Under the pieces are notes generated by a model. The model was given only the letters and a program-made list of their open reading frames with translations. It searched no databases and was not told the DNA's origin. From an uncultured Clostridia bacterium (lineage in GTDB: Bacteria; Bacillota; Clostridia; TANB77; CAG-508), in contig CALXXZ010000008.1 in the NCBI GenBank assembly GCA_944392805.1, positions 6,173-70,172 of the forward strand: a stretch of DNA of 64,000 nucleotides, in the 5' to 3' direction. Positions 7,413 to 18,043 of this stretch are shown piece by piece (position 1 is the stretch's first letter; each line of letters starts with the position of its first letter). The position numbers and the translations under genes were made by a program.

Positions 7413-8099
7413 ATGGAATTGATAATAATTGTAATATCAATAATGGCTATAGTAACAATATCATTAATGATGAAAATGAATGTAAAAGAACTAGAAAAAA
7501 TTGCATTAGATTCAGAATTAAATAAAATAGCTGAAAAATATCCAAGTAATATAGAAATATGTAAAACTATATTAAAAAAATTAAAAAACGAAAAAGTACA
7601 AATAGAAGAAAATTTGGAATCAGAATCAACAATATATATTGCAATTTCTAATAAGATATCAATAGGAAATATGCATAAAAGTTTTACAAGAATACAGACA
7701 ATTGCACATGAATGTTTACATTCAGTACAAGATAGAAAAATGTTAATATTTAACTTTATATATTCAAATTTATATTTATTATATTTTGTAATAACATTAA
7801 TACTATTAATTTTAAAGAAATTACCAAATGAAATGTTTTTTACATGTATATTATTAATATTAAGTTTTATATATTATGTAATAAGAACATTTTTAGAAAA
7901 TGACGCAATGATAAAAGCAGAATATCTTGCAAAAGAATATATGACTGAACAAAAAATTTCATCAGAAGAAGAAATAGAAAAAGTTGTACAAGGTTTCAAA
8001 AAGATAAATGAAGGATGCATAAAAGGCACAAATGAGCAAATATTTGTAAATATTATGATAAAAGTTATACTTTTTAATGCTCTAGCATTGATTTTTTAG
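7413..8099 (+). CDS. membrane protein with HExxH motif (putative zinc metalloprotease-like)
   Basis: N-terminal TM segment, IAHECLHSVQD motif, and further TM segments. Confidence 0.45.
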   Translation: MELIIIVISIMAIVTISLMMKMNVKELEKIALDSELNKIAEKYPSNIEICKTILKKLKNEKVQIEENLESESTIYIAISNKISIGNMHKSFTRIQTIAHECLHSVQDRKMLIFNFIYSNLYLLYFVITLILLILKKLPNEMFFTCILLILSFIYYVIRTFLENDAMIKAEYLAKEYMTEQKISSEEEIEKVVQGFKKINEGCIKGTNEQIFVNIMIKVILFNALALIF

Positions 8100-8162
8100 G
8101 ATAAATATGGTAGAATATCATAGTATTAAAACGAATAAAAAAACCGTTAGGAGGAATACTAA

Positions 8163-8411
8163 ATGCAAGTAGCAAAAATAATATTAATAGTAGTAGATTT
8201 TATAATATGTATAGCTTTAACTATTTTAGCAATGATACAATCTAAAGAAGATGCAGGGTTATCTTCTACAATAGTAGGTTCATCTACAAACAACTTCTTT
8301 GAAAAAAATAAAGGTAGAACAAAAGAAGGAAAACAAAAAAGATGGACAATCATTTTGGGAGTAGCATTTGTAATAGTTACAATAGCTCTTTCAATAATAT
8401 ACATAGCATAG
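8163..8411 (+). CDS. secG: preprotein translocase subunit SecG
   Basis: 82 aa with two TM segments and a Q..K..GL.S central loop. Sits upstream of rnr, as is common in Firmicutes. Confidence 0.75.
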   Translation: MQVAKIILIVVDFIICIALTILAMIQSKEDAGLSSTIVGSSTNNFFEKNKGRTKEGKQKRWTIILGVAFVIVTIALSIIYIA

Positions 8412-8413
8412 TC

Positions 8414-8447
8414 AAAAGAGCGGTTTAAAAACAAACTGCTCTTTTTT
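8414..8447 (+). terminator. intrinsic terminator
   Basis: AAAAGAGCGG...CTGCTCTTTT stem plus a T-run. Confidence 0.55.
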
Positions 8448-8488
8448 ACCAGAGAAATATTGCTTATGGTAAAGAAGGGAGTTCAGTA

Positions 8489-10417
8489 ATGTTAAAAAAA
8501 ATAGGAACATATAGAAAAAATCAAAAAGGTTTTGGTTTTGTAAAAGTAGAAGACCAAGAAGATGAAATATATATATCAAAAGAAAACTCATTAAATGCTT
8601 TAAATGGAGATATAGTAGAAATTGAAATATTATCAGAAAAAAGTGAAAACAAAAAAGAAGAAGGAAAAATAAAAAAAATAATTAGACATGAAAAAGACAC
8701 TATTGTAGGAACATTTCAAAAAAACAGAAACTTTGGATTTGTAGTACCTGATGATAAAAACTTTGGAACTGATATATATATATCAAAATCAAATTGGGGA
8801 AAAGCAAGAAATAATCATAAAGTATTAGTAAAGATTACAAAATATCCTGAAAAAGGTAAAAATGCAGAAGGAGAAGTAATAGAGGTAATTGGTGGAGTAA
8901 ATGAAGCAGGAGTAGATATGCTTTCATTAATAAAACAATATGAATTACCATATAAATTTCCTGATGAAGTAGTTCAAGAGGCAAAAGCATATGGAAATAA
9001 AATAAAAGAACAAGACATAGAAGGAAGAAAAGATTTAAGAAAAGATATTATATTTACAATAGATGGAGCAGATGCAAAAGATTTGGATGATGCAATACAT
9101 GTAGAAAAATTAAAAAACGGAAATTATAAATTAGATGTGCACATTGCAGATGTAAGTCATTATGTAAGAGAAAAAACAGAACTTGATAAAGAAGCATATT
9201 TAAGAGGGACAAGTATATACATGTTAGGAAGAGTAATACCAATGCTTCCTAGAGAACTTTCAAATGGAATTTGTAGCTTAAATGCAGGAGAAGATAGACT
9301 AACATTATCTTGCTCAATGGAAATTACCCCAAAAGCGAAAATAGTGTCTTCTGACATATATAAAGCAGTTATTAGAGTGACAGAAAGAATGACATATACT
9401 GATGTACAAAAAATATTAGATAAATCAGATGAAGAAGTCTTAAAAAAATATGAAAAATATATTAAAGACTTCGAGTTAATGGCAGAACTTGCAACAATTT
9501 TAAAAGAAAAAAGAAGAGAAAATGGATATCTAAATTTAGACATACCAGAAAGTAAAATTACATTAGATGAAAATGGATATGCAATAGATGTTCAAAAATA
9601 TGAAACTTATTTTGCAAATGAGATAATAGAACAATTTATGCTTATTGCAAACGAAACAGTAGCAGAAAGATTTTATTGGTTACAAGCACCATTTATATAT
9701 AGAGTACATGAAGCACCAGGATTAGATAAAATAAAAGAACTAAATAAAATATTATACAATTTTGGATATAAAATAAAAGTTTCAAAAGAAGACATAGTAT
9801 ATCCAAAAGAATTTTCTAAAATATTAGAAGATGTAAAAGGAAAAGATGAAGAAAAAGTAGTATCAAATATAATATTAAGAACATTAAGAGTTGCAAAATA
9901 TGAAGCAGAAAATAAAGGTCATTTTGGAATTGCAAGTAAATATTACTGTCACTTCACTTCACCAATACGTAGATATCCAGACTTATTTATACACAGAATA
10001 ATTTCAAAATATATAGAAAGTGATTACATGGTAAATGACTTCTTTATAAAAAAATATTCTAAAAGAGCTGAAAAGAGGGCTGAAAATTGTTCAGAAAGAG
10101 AAAGAACTGCAACAAAAGTAGAAAGAGAAGCAGAAGATATCAAAAAAGCAGAATTTATGGAAAATAAAATAGGAGAAGAATATGAAGGAATAATTTCATC
10201 AGTAACTAATTTTGGAATATTCGTAGAACTTGATAATACAATAGAAGGATTAATCAGATATGAGAATTTAGGTGATGAATATTTTATATATGATGAAGAA
10301 AGAAGACAAGCAATAGGAGAAAAAACTAATACTACTTACAAAATAGGAGATAAGGTAAAAATAAGAGTAGCAGATGCTAATAAGCTATTAAGAAAAATTG
10401 ATTTTGAATTAGTATAA
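8489..10417 (+). CDS. rnr: ribonuclease R
   Basis: Cold-shock-like N-terminus, RNB domain (DGADAKDLDDA, HFTSPIRRYPD) and a C-terminal S1 domain. Confidence 0.9.
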   Translation: MLKKIGTYRKNQKGFGFVKVEDQEDEIYISKENSLNALNGDIVEIEILSEKSENKKEEGKIKKIIRHEKDTIVGTFQKNRNFGFVVPDDKNFGTDIYISKSNWGKARNNHKVLVKITKYPEKGKNAEGEVIEVIGGVNEAGVDMLSLIKQYELPYKFPDEVVQEAKAYGNKIKEQDIEGRKDLRKDIIFTIDGADAKDLDDAIHVEKLKNGNYKLDVHIADVSHYVREKTELDKEAYLRGTSIYMLGRVIPMLPRELSNGICSLNAGEDRLTLSCSMEITPKAKIVSSDIYKAVIRVTERMTYTDVQKILDKSDEEVLKKYEKYIKDFELMAELATILKEKRRENGYLNLDIPESKITLDENGYAIDVQKYETYFANEIIEQFMLIANETVAERFYWLQAPFIYRVHEAPGLDKIKELNKILYNFGYKIKVSKEDIVYPKEFSKILEDVKGKDEEKVVSNIILRTLRVAKYEAENKGHFGIASKYYCHFTSPIRRYPDLFIHRIISKYIESDYMVNDFFIKKYSKRAEKRAENCSERERTATKVEREAEDIKKAEFMENKIGEEYEGIISSVTNFGIFVELDNTIEGLIRYENLGDEYFIYDEERRQAIGEKTNTTYKIGDKVKIRVADANKLLRKIDFELV

Positions 10418-10433
10418 AATTCATATGAAGATA

Positions 10434-10461
10434 TTGACAAAAAGATATCATAATATATAAT
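10434..10461 (+). promoter_or_regulatory. promoter of adhE
   Basis: TTGACA-N16-TATAAT. Confidence 0.45.
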
Positions 10462-10497
10462 ATAATGGATAAACTAAAGATATAGGAGGAAACGAAA

Positions 10498-13098
10498 ATG
10501 GAAAATCAAAATCCAGAGGAAGAAGCAAGAGTTGAACAAATGATAAATGAACTTATGGAAAAAGCGAGAAAAGCTTCAGAAGAATATTTAAAACTAGATC
10601 AAGAAACAGTTGATAATATAACAAGAGCCATGTCAATGGCAGGATTAGAACATCATATGGAATTAGCTAAAATGGCAGTAGAAGAGACTGGAAGAGGAAT
10701 CTATGAAGATAAAATAACTAAAAATATGTTTGCAACAGAATATGTATATCATAGTATAAAACATGAAAAAACAGTTGGAGTAATAAATGAAAATGATGAA
10801 GATGATTTTGCAGAAATTGCAGAACCTGTAGGAATAATTGCAGGAGTAACACCAGTAACAAATCCAACATCAACAACAATGTTTAAATCAATAATTTCAG
10901 CAAAAACAAGAAATGTAATAGTATTTGGATTCCATCCATCAGCTCAAAAATGTAGTGTAGCTGCTGCAACAATAATGAGAGATGCTGCAGTAAAAGCTGG
11001 TGCACCAGAGAACTGTATCTTGTGGATAGAAGAACCTTCAATTACAGCAACAAGACTATTAATGAACCATCCATATGTTAATTTAATATTAGCAACAGGT
11101 GGAACAGGAATGGTAAAATCAGCATATTCATGTGGAAAACCAGCATTAGGTGTTGGACCAGGAAATGTACCATGTTATATTGATAAAACAGCAAAACTAA
11201 AAACTTCTGTAAATGATTTAGTAATGTCAAAATCATTTGATAATGGAATGATATGTGCATCAGAACAAGCAGTTTTGGTACACAAAGATGTTTATAAAGA
11301 ATTTGAAGAACTAATGAGAGAAGCAGGATGTTATTTTGTAAATCCTGAAGAAAAAGAAAAATTAAAAAATAGTATGTTTGATGAAACAAAAGGATATAAA
11401 TTAAAATCTCATGTACCAGGACAAAGTCCTGCGCAAATAGCAAGAGAAGCGGGATTTGAAGTTCCAGAAGAAACAAAAGTATTAGTTGTATATGAAGAAG
11501 GAATAGGAGAAGGATATCCATTTTCAAAAGAAAAATTAAGCCCAGTATTAACATATTATATAGTAGAAAATGAAGATGAAGGAATAGACAAATCAGAAAG
11601 ATTAATTGAATATGGAGGAATGGGACACTCAGCAGTAATACATGCAGAAAATAAAGATACAATATTAAAATTTTCAAAGACAATGAAAGCAGGAAGAATC
11701 ATTGTAAACTCACCATCAACACATGGTGCAATTGGTGACATATATAATACAAATATGCCATCATTAACACTTGGATGTGGTTCATTTGGAGGAAACTCAA
11801 CAACAGCAAATGTATCAAGTGTAAACTTAATAAATATTAAAAGAGTCGCAAAAAGGAGAGTTAATATGCAATGGTTTAAAGTTCCAGAAAAAATCTATTT
11901 TGAAGCAGGTTCAATAGCATATCTTGAAAAAATGCCTGATATTGAAAGAGCATTTATTGTAACAGACCCAGGAATGGTAAAATTCGGATATGTAGATAGA
12001 ATATTATATCATTTAAGAAAAAGACGTAACCATGTACACTGTGAAATATTCAGTGAGGTAGAAGCAGACCCATCATTTGAAACTGTAAATAAAGGACTTG
12101 AGTTAATGAATAATTTCAAACCAGATGTAATAATTGCATTAGGTGGTGGAAGTCCAATAGATGCAGCAAAAGGAATGTGGTTATTCTATGAAAATCCAGA
12201 TGCTGACCCAGAAGGATTAAAACTTAAATTTATGGATATACGTAAACGTACCTATAAATTCCCTAAAATGGGCTCAAAAGCTAAAATGGTTGCAATTCCA
12301 ACTACTTCTGGTACAGGTTCAGAAGTAACATCATTTGCGGTAATTACTGATAAAGAGAAAAATAAAAAATATCCACTTGCAGATTATGAATTAACTCCAG
12401 ATGTTGCTATAATAGACCCAGACTTAGTAATGAGCTTACCAAAATCAGTTACAGCAGATACAGGAATGGATGTATTAACACATGCATTAGAAGCATATGT
12501 TTCAGTAATGGCTTCTGATTACACAGATGGTTTGGCTGAGAAAGCAGTTGAATTAGTATTTGAATACCTAAGAGAAGCATATGAACATGGAGATAATAAA
12601 ATTGCTAGAGAAAAAATGCATAATGCAAGTACAATTGCCGGAATGGCATTTACAAATGCATTTTTAGGAATAAATCACTCATTAGCACACAAAATAGGTG
12701 CAGAATTCCATTTACCACATGGAAGAATTAATGCAATTTTATTACCATATGTTATAAGATACAATTCAAGTAAACCTACAAAATTTGTATCATTCCCAAA
12801 ATATGAATATTTTATAGCAGATGAAAAATATGCTAAAATGGCAAAAAGAGTTGGATTAAAAGCTGATACAAAAGAAGAAGGAATTAATTCATTAATAGAA
12901 GCAATTAAAAAATTAAATGAAGATTTGAATTTACCAAAATCATTTAAAGAAGCAGGAATTGATGAAAATGAATTTATGGCTAAAGTTGATGTATTGGCAG
13001 ATAGAGCATTTGAAGATCAATGTACAACTGCTAACCCTAGAGTGCCACTAGTTTCAGAATTAAAAACTATTTTAATTGATAGTTATTATGGAAAATAA
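10498..13098 (+). CDS. adhE: bifunctional acetaldehyde-CoA/alcohol dehydrogenase
   Basis: 866 aa with an N-terminal aldehyde dehydrogenase domain and a C-terminal iron-type alcohol dehydrogenase domain (GGGSPIDAAK). Confidence 0.92.
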   Translation: MENQNPEEEARVEQMINELMEKARKASEEYLKLDQETVDNITRAMSMAGLEHHMELAKMAVEETGRGIYEDKITKNMFATEYVYHSIKHEKTVGVINENDEDDFAEIAEPVGIIAGVTPVTNPTSTTMFKSIISAKTRNVIVFGFHPSAQKCSVAAATIMRDAAVKAGAPENCILWIEEPSITATRLLMNHPYVNLILATGGTGMVKSAYSCGKPALGVGPGNVPCYIDKTAKLKTSVNDLVMSKSFDNGMICASEQAVLVHKDVYKEFEELMREAGCYFVNPEEKEKLKNSMFDETKGYKLKSHVPGQSPAQIAREAGFEVPEETKVLVVYEEGIGEGYPFSKEKLSPVLTYYIVENEDEGIDKSERLIEYGGMGHSAVIHAENKDTILKFSKTMKAGRIIVNSPSTHGAIGDIYNTNMPSLTLGCGSFGGNSTTANVSSVNLINIKRVAKRRVNMQWFKVPEKIYFEAGSIAYLEKMPDIERAFIVTDPGMVKFGYVDRILYHLRKRRNHVHCEIFSEVEADPSFETVNKGLELMNNFKPDVIIALGGGSPIDAAKGMWLFYENPDADPEGLKLKFMDIRKRTYKFPKMGSKAKMVAIPTTSGTGSEVTSFAVITDKEKNKKYPLADYELTPDVAIIDPDLVMSLPKSVTADTGMDVLTHALEAYVSVMASDYTDGLAEKAVELVFEYLREAYEHGDNKIAREKMHNASTIAGMAFTNAFLGINHSLAHKIGAEFHLPHGRINAILLPYVIRYNSSKPTKFVSFPKYEYFIADEKYAKMAKRVGLKADTKEEGINSLIEAIKKLNEDLNLPKSFKEAGIDENEFMAKVDVLADRAFEDQCTTANPRVPLVSELKTILIDSYYGK

Positions 13099-13105
13099 AT
13101 AGAAA

Positions 13106-13140
13106 AAATTGAGATTTACAATAGAAATCTCAATTTTTTT
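13106..13140 (+). terminator. intrinsic terminator
   Basis: AAATTGAGATTT-loop-AAATCTCAATTT plus a T-run. Confidence 0.75.
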
Positions 13141-13238
13141 ATGCTAAATAAAAGTATTTTTTTGCGTAAAAAAGAGGGAATTATGTAAAATTCGTCGAAT
13201 AATATAATTATGTATATTATTTTATGGGAGTGGGTGAA

Positions 13239-15023
13239 ATGTTACGATATAGTGAAGAAATAATAGAAGAAGTAAGGCAAAACAATGACGTAGTAGATAT
13301 AGTTTCACAATATGTACATTTAACTCGAAAAGGAAGAAATTACTTTGGACTATGTCCATTTCATAATGAAAAATCCCCATCATTCTCTGTATCACCAGAT
13401 AGACAAATATTTCACTGTTTCGGATGTGGAGTAGGAGGAAATGTATATACATTTTTAATGAAAATTGAAGGAATAACATTTAAAGAAGCATTAGAAAGTT
13501 TAGCTGAAAGAGCCAATATACAATTACCAAAACTAGAAAGTGGAGCAGACAATGCTAAAGAAGAACTAAAAGCAAAAGTATATAAAGTAAATGAATTCAC
13601 AGCAGAATTCTATCATCAAAATTTGTACAAGCCAACAGCCAAAATGGCACAAGAATATGTAAAAAAAAGAAAGTTCAATAATGAAACTTTACAAGCATAT
13701 AAAATAGGGTTTTCAGGCAAATTTGATGAGTTATATAAGGCACTAAAGAAACAAGGTTTTGGAGAAAGAGAAATACTAGAATCAGGACTAGTAAACAAAA
13801 ATGATAATGGTACATATATAGACAGGTATAGAAACAGACTAATGTTTCCAATTTGTGATGTCAGAGGAAAAGTAATAGCATTTGGAGGAAGAGTATTAGA
13901 TGACTCAAAACCCAAATACATAAATTCTCCAGAAAATATTGTATATAGTAAAGGAAGACACCTTTTTGGACTCAATGTAGCAAAACAAGACTCTAAAAAA
14001 AGAATACTAATAGTAGAAGGCTATATGGATGTAATATCATTACACCAAAGAGGAATAAAAAACGTTGTTGGAGCGTTGGGAACAGCACTTACAGAACAAC
14101 AAGGATGGTTATTACGCAAAACGACAGAACAAGTAGTACTAGGATTTGATGCAGATGAAGCAGGACAAACAGCAGTAGTAAGGTCAATGAAAATATTACA
14201 AAATATGGGGTGTGATATGAGAGTACTACAAATAGAAGGTGCAAAAGACCCAGATGAATACATTGTAAAATTTGGAGAAGGAAGATTTAAATTAGCAGTA
14301 GAAAATGCGATATCAGTAGTCGAATTTGAAGTAAAAAATCTAAAAAAAGGGCTAAACTTAGAGAACACAGTAGATAAAATAAAATTCTTAAATGAAATCT
14401 CAAAAATATTATCAAAAGTAGGAAACACAATAGAAAGAGAAATATACATAGAAAAAATAGCAAAAGGGTATAATATATCAAAAGAAGCGATATATGCAGA
14501 AGTAAACAAATTGATATATTCTCAGTCAAAAGAAGAAAAAGTTTTGGAAAATAAAGAAATACGAAAAATAAAACCAGAAGAAAAAAATCAAGAAGAAATA
14601 GATGAAGACTTAAAAAGAAGAGAAGACACAATAATAGCATTACTATTAGATGCAAATAAAGAAACATTCCAAAAAATAAAAGAAAAAATACAGCCAGAAG
14701 ACTTTAAATATGAGCAAAACAAAATAATTGCAGAAGAATTATATAAAGAACTAGAAAAAGAAGAAAGCAATATAAACAAATTAATAGATGAATCTGATGA
14801 AAAAGTACAAAATCATATAACAAGTGTAATGGCAACAGACTATGAGATAGAAAATACAGAAAAAGCAGTTGATGACATAATAACAAAATATATAAGAGAA
14901 AAATTAGACAATAAGAAGAAAAACATATTAAAACAATTAGAAACTGAAAAAGATGAAAGTAAAAAGAAAGAATTAGGTAGAGAGCTAAGCAATATAATAA
15001 TTGAATTAGCCAAAATTAAGTAG
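13239..15023 (+). CDS. dnaG: DNA primase
   Basis: Zinc finger CPFHNEKSPSF..CFGCG and a TOPRIM domain. Start placed at the ATG at 13239, 8 nt after GGAG (track start 13224). Confidence 0.9.
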   Translation: MLRYSEEIIEEVRQNNDVVDIVSQYVHLTRKGRNYFGLCPFHNEKSPSFSVSPDRQIFHCFGCGVGGNVYTFLMKIEGITFKEALESLAERANIQLPKLESGADNAKEELKAKVYKVNEFTAEFYHQNLYKPTAKMAQEYVKKRKFNNETLQAYKIGFSGKFDELYKALKKQGFGEREILESGLVNKNDNGTYIDRYRNRLMFPICDVRGKVIAFGGRVLDDSKPKYINSPENIVYSKGRHLFGLNVAKQDSKKRILIVEGYMDVISLHQRGIKNVVGALGTALTEQQGWLLRKTTEQVVLGFDADEAGQTAVVRSMKILQNMGCDMRVLQIEGAKDPDEYIVKFGEGRFKLAVENAISVVEFEVKNLKKGLNLENTVDKIKFLNEISKILSKVGNTIEREIYIEKIAKGYNISKEAIYAEVNKLIYSQSKEEKVLENKEIRKIKPEEKNQEEIDEDLKRREDTIIALLLDANKETFQKIKEKIQPEDFKYEQNKIIAEELYKELEKEESNINKLIDESDEKVQNHITSVMATDYEIENTEKAVDDIITKYIREKLDNKKKNILKQLETEKDESKKKELGRELSNIIIELAKIK

Positions 15024-15035
15024 GGGTGAAATTTC

Positions 15036-16172
15036 GTGGAGAAAAATAAAGATGAAAATCAAATCGAAATAGAAAATAAAATAGGGGAAGAAAATTTAGA
15101 AACAGAAAAAGTAAAAAATATAGTAAAAAAAGCCAAAGAAAATGGCAAGATGACATATGGTGAACTTGCAAAAGAATTAGAAGATACAAATCCAGAACAA
15201 ATTGACAAAGTATTTGATGCATTTGAAGAAATGGGAGTAAACTTATTAAATGATGACTTTGAAGAAGAACCAGATATAGAAGATTTAAAAGAAGTAGAAG
15301 ACTTAAAACTAGACGAAATAACAGATACAAGTTTTGAAGGAATAAGTGTAGATGACCCAGTAAGAATGTATTTAAGAGAAATAGGTAAGATTCCGCTATT
15401 ATCATATGAAAAAGAACTTGAACTAGCAAAAAGAATATTAGAAAATGATGAAGAAGCAAAACAAGAATTAGCAGAAGCAAACCTAAGACTTGTAGTAAGT
15501 ATAGCAAAAAAATATGTAGGAAGAGGAATGCTATTTTTAGACTTAATACAAGAAGGAAATATGGGGTTAATAAAAGCAGTAGAAAAATTTGATTATACAA
15601 AAGGATTCAAATTTAGTACTTATGCAACATGGTGGATAAGACAAGCTATAACAAGAGCAATAGCAGACCAAGCAAGAACAATAAGAATTCCAGTACACAT
15701 GGTAGAAACAATTAACAGATTAATACGTACATCAAGACATTTATTACAACAATTAGGAAGAGAACCATCACCAGAAGAAATTGCAGAAGAAATGGAAATT
15801 CCAGTTGAAAAAGTAATGGAAATACAAAAAATAGCTCAAGATCCAGTATCATTAGAAACTCCAATAGGAGAAGAAGATGATAGCCATCTAGGAGATTTCA
15901 TACAAGATGAAGATTCTCCAGCACCACATGATGCAGCATCATATACACTATTAAGAGAACAATTAGAAGATGTTATGAGTACTTTAACTCCAAGAGAAGC
16001 AAAAGTATTAAAACTAAGATTTGGATTAGAAGATGGAAAAGCAAGAACATTAGAAGAAGTAGGAAAAGAATTTGATGTAACAAGAGAAAGAATACGTCAG
16101 ATTGAAGCAAAAGCATTAAGAAAACTAAGACATCCAAGTAGAAGCAAAAAACTAAGAGATTATATGAACTAA
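15036..16172 (+). CDS. rpoD: RNA polymerase primary sigma factor
   Basis: Regions 1.2 to 4.2 present ([36 protein letters not shown]). GTG start after GGGGTGA. Confidence 0.92.
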   Translation: MEKNKDENQIEIENKIGEENLETEKVKNIVKKAKENGKMTYGELAKELEDTNPEQIDKVFDAFEEMGVNLLNDDFEEEPDIEDLKEVEDLKLDEITDTSFEGISVDDPVRMYLREIGKIPLLSYEKELELAKRILENDEEAKQELAEANLRLVVSIAKKYVGRGMLFLDLIQEGNMGLIKAVEKFDYTKGFKFSTYATWWIRQAITRAIADQARTIRIPVHMVETINRLIRTSRHLLQQLGREPSPEEIAEEMEIPVEKVMEIQKIAQDPVSLETPIGEEDDSHLGDFIQDEDSPAPHDAASYTLLREQLEDVMSTLTPREAKVLKLRFGLEDGKARTLEEVGKEFDVTRERIRQIEAKALRKLRHPSRSKKLRDYMN

Positions 16173-16187
16173 AAAATGGAGATAAAT

Positions 16188-17255
16188 ATGGGTAAAATAA
16201 CAGAAATTATATCTAATTTAGATAGTGAAAAAGTTATTCAAATACTAATAGCAATAGGAGTAATAATAGTATTTAGAATTTTGAGTTCAACAATTTCTAA
16301 ATTAATAATAAAAATATTTAGAGTAAAAAGTAAAGAAAAAAAAGATATAAGAGAAAATCCATTTTATGTACCACTAAAAGTAATAATAACATTTATAGGA
16401 ATATATATTGCATTAAACATTGTAAAAGATGCCCTAGTAATAAGACCAGAAACAATAGGAATAATAACAAAAATAATAAAAATATTAATGATTTTATTAG
16501 TAGCAAAAGCATTTGGACAAGGATTAGATGAAAGAAACGAAATATTAAATAAAATCCAAACTAAAACTGGTAAAGAAATTGATGAAACAACAACAAAACT
16601 ATTAATGAAAACTATAAAAGTTGCAATATATGTAGTAGCAGGATTTATGGTAATAACAGAATTAGGATATAATATAAGTGGATTTATAACAGGATTAGGA
16701 ATTGGCGGAGTTGTAATAACTTTAGCTGCACAAGATACAGCCAAAAGTTTCATTGGAGGAATTGGACTATTTATAGACAAGCCATTTAAAGTAGGAGACT
16801 ATATAAGAGTAGGACAATATGAAGGTACTGTCGAAGAAATGAAATTTAGAACTACAAATATAAGGACATCAGATAATTGTGTTTTACATGTACCAAATTC
16901 AGAAATGTCAATTTCAGCAATAATAAATTACAGTGAAATACAAACAAGAAGAATAAATACAGAATTAATAATAGATATAAACACAAATATAAACAAAATA
17001 CAAAATGTAAAAAATATGATTGAAGATATGTTAAATTCATATGAAATAATAAAAAAAGATACAATACAAGTATATTTTAAAGACATATCAGCAAATGGAA
17101 TGAAAATGTCAGTAATAGCATATATAAATGAATCTAATTATTCTAAATACATGCAAATCAGAGAACAGATAAATTATAATATAATGGAAATACTAAGAAG
17201 CGAAGGTATAGAATTATCTCAAAGAGCGCAGACAGTATATGTGCAAAATCCATAA
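16188..17255 (+). CDS. mechanosensitive ion channel family protein (MscS-like)
   Basis: TM segments plus PFKVGDYIRVGQYEGTVEEM..RTTNIRT. Start at the ATG at 16188, 6 nt after GGAG (track start 16176). Confidence 0.8.
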   Translation: MGKITEIISNLDSEKVIQILIAIGVIIVFRILSSTISKLIIKIFRVKSKEKKDIRENPFYVPLKVIITFIGIYIALNIVKDALVIRPETIGIITKIIKILMILLVAKAFGQGLDERNEILNKIQTKTGKEIDETTTKLLMKTIKVAIYVVAGFMVITELGYNISGFITGLGIGGVVITLAAQDTAKSFIGGIGLFIDKPFKVGDYIRVGQYEGTVEEMKFRTTNIRTSDNCVLHVPNSEMSISAIINYSEIQTRRINTELIIDINTNINKIQNVKNMIEDMLNSYEIIKKDTIQVYFKDISANGMKMSVIAYINESNYSKYMQIREQINYNIMEILRSEGIELSQRAQTVYVQNP

Positions 17256-17263
17256 CAGATTAC

Positions 17264-17295
17264 AAAAGTTGATATATTGATTATATCAACTTTTT
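17264..17295 (+). terminator. intrinsic terminator (AAAAGTTGATATA hairpin family)
   Basis: AAAAGTTGATATA-ttgat-TATATCAACTTTT plus T. The stem is near-identical to the hairpin at 63032. Confidence 0.75.
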
Positions 17296-17355
17296 ATATA
17301 AAATTCACATAAAAGACATATATATTATGTATAATACATGTGTGGAGGTAAAAAT

Positions 17356-18036
17356 ATGGAAAATTCAAACATATTAGTAGTAGATGATGAATCAAGAATG
17401 AGAAAACTTCTAAAAGACTTTTTATCAGCAAAAGGGTATCAAATATTAGAAGCAGAAGATGGAGAAAAAGCAATAGAAGTATTTGAAATGAATAAAAATA
17501 AAATAAAACTTATTTTATTAGATGTAATGATGCCAAAACTTGATGGTTGGTCAGTACTAAGAAAAATTAGGCAAGAATCAAATGTGCCTGTAATAATGTT
17601 AACAGCAAGAGGAGAAGAACAAGATGAATTGTTTGGATTTGAATTAGGAGTAGATGAATACATATCAAAACCATTTAGTCCTAAAATTTTAGTAGCAAGA
17701 GTAGAAGCCATTTTAAAAAGAGTTTATGGAGATTCAAAAGAAGTAAAAGATTATGATGGAATCGTAATAGACCAAGAAGGAAGAACTGTAAAAGTAGATG
17801 GAAAACCAATAGACTTAAGTTTAAGAGAATATGAACTTTTAAAATATTTATTAGACAATGAAAATATAGCTCTTTCAAGGGACAAAATCTTAAACAATGT
17901 ATGGAATTATGACTATTATGGAGACTCAAGAACAATAGATAGTCATATAAAAAAGATAAGACATAAACTTGGTAAAAAAGGTAAATATATAGAAACAATA
18001 AGAGGAATAGGATATAAATTTGAAATAAAAAAATAG
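17356..18036 (+). CDS. OmpR-family response regulator
   Basis: Receiver domain (LVVDDE, DVMMPKLDG) plus a winged-helix domain (TIRGIGYKF). Start at the ATG at 17356 after GGAGG. The track start at 17338 lies inside the -10 region. Confidence 0.88.
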   Translation: MENSNILVVDDESRMRKLLKDFLSAKGYQILEAEDGEKAIEVFEMNKNKIKLILLDVMMPKLDGWSVLRKIRQESNVPVIMLTARGEEQDELFGFELGVDEYISKPFSPKILVARVEAILKRVYGDSKEVKDYDGIVIDQEGRTVKVDGKPIDLSLREYELLKYLLDNENIALSRDKILNNVWNYDYYGDSRTIDSHIKKIRHKLGKKGKYIETIRGIGYKFEIKK

Positions 18037-18043
18037 GTGAAAA

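Noticed and set aside
8159-8434. 91-aa minus-strand ORF opposite secG.
   Set aside because: The plus-strand product has the SecG length, two-TM topology and a strong GGAGG RBS. The antisense ORF has none of these.
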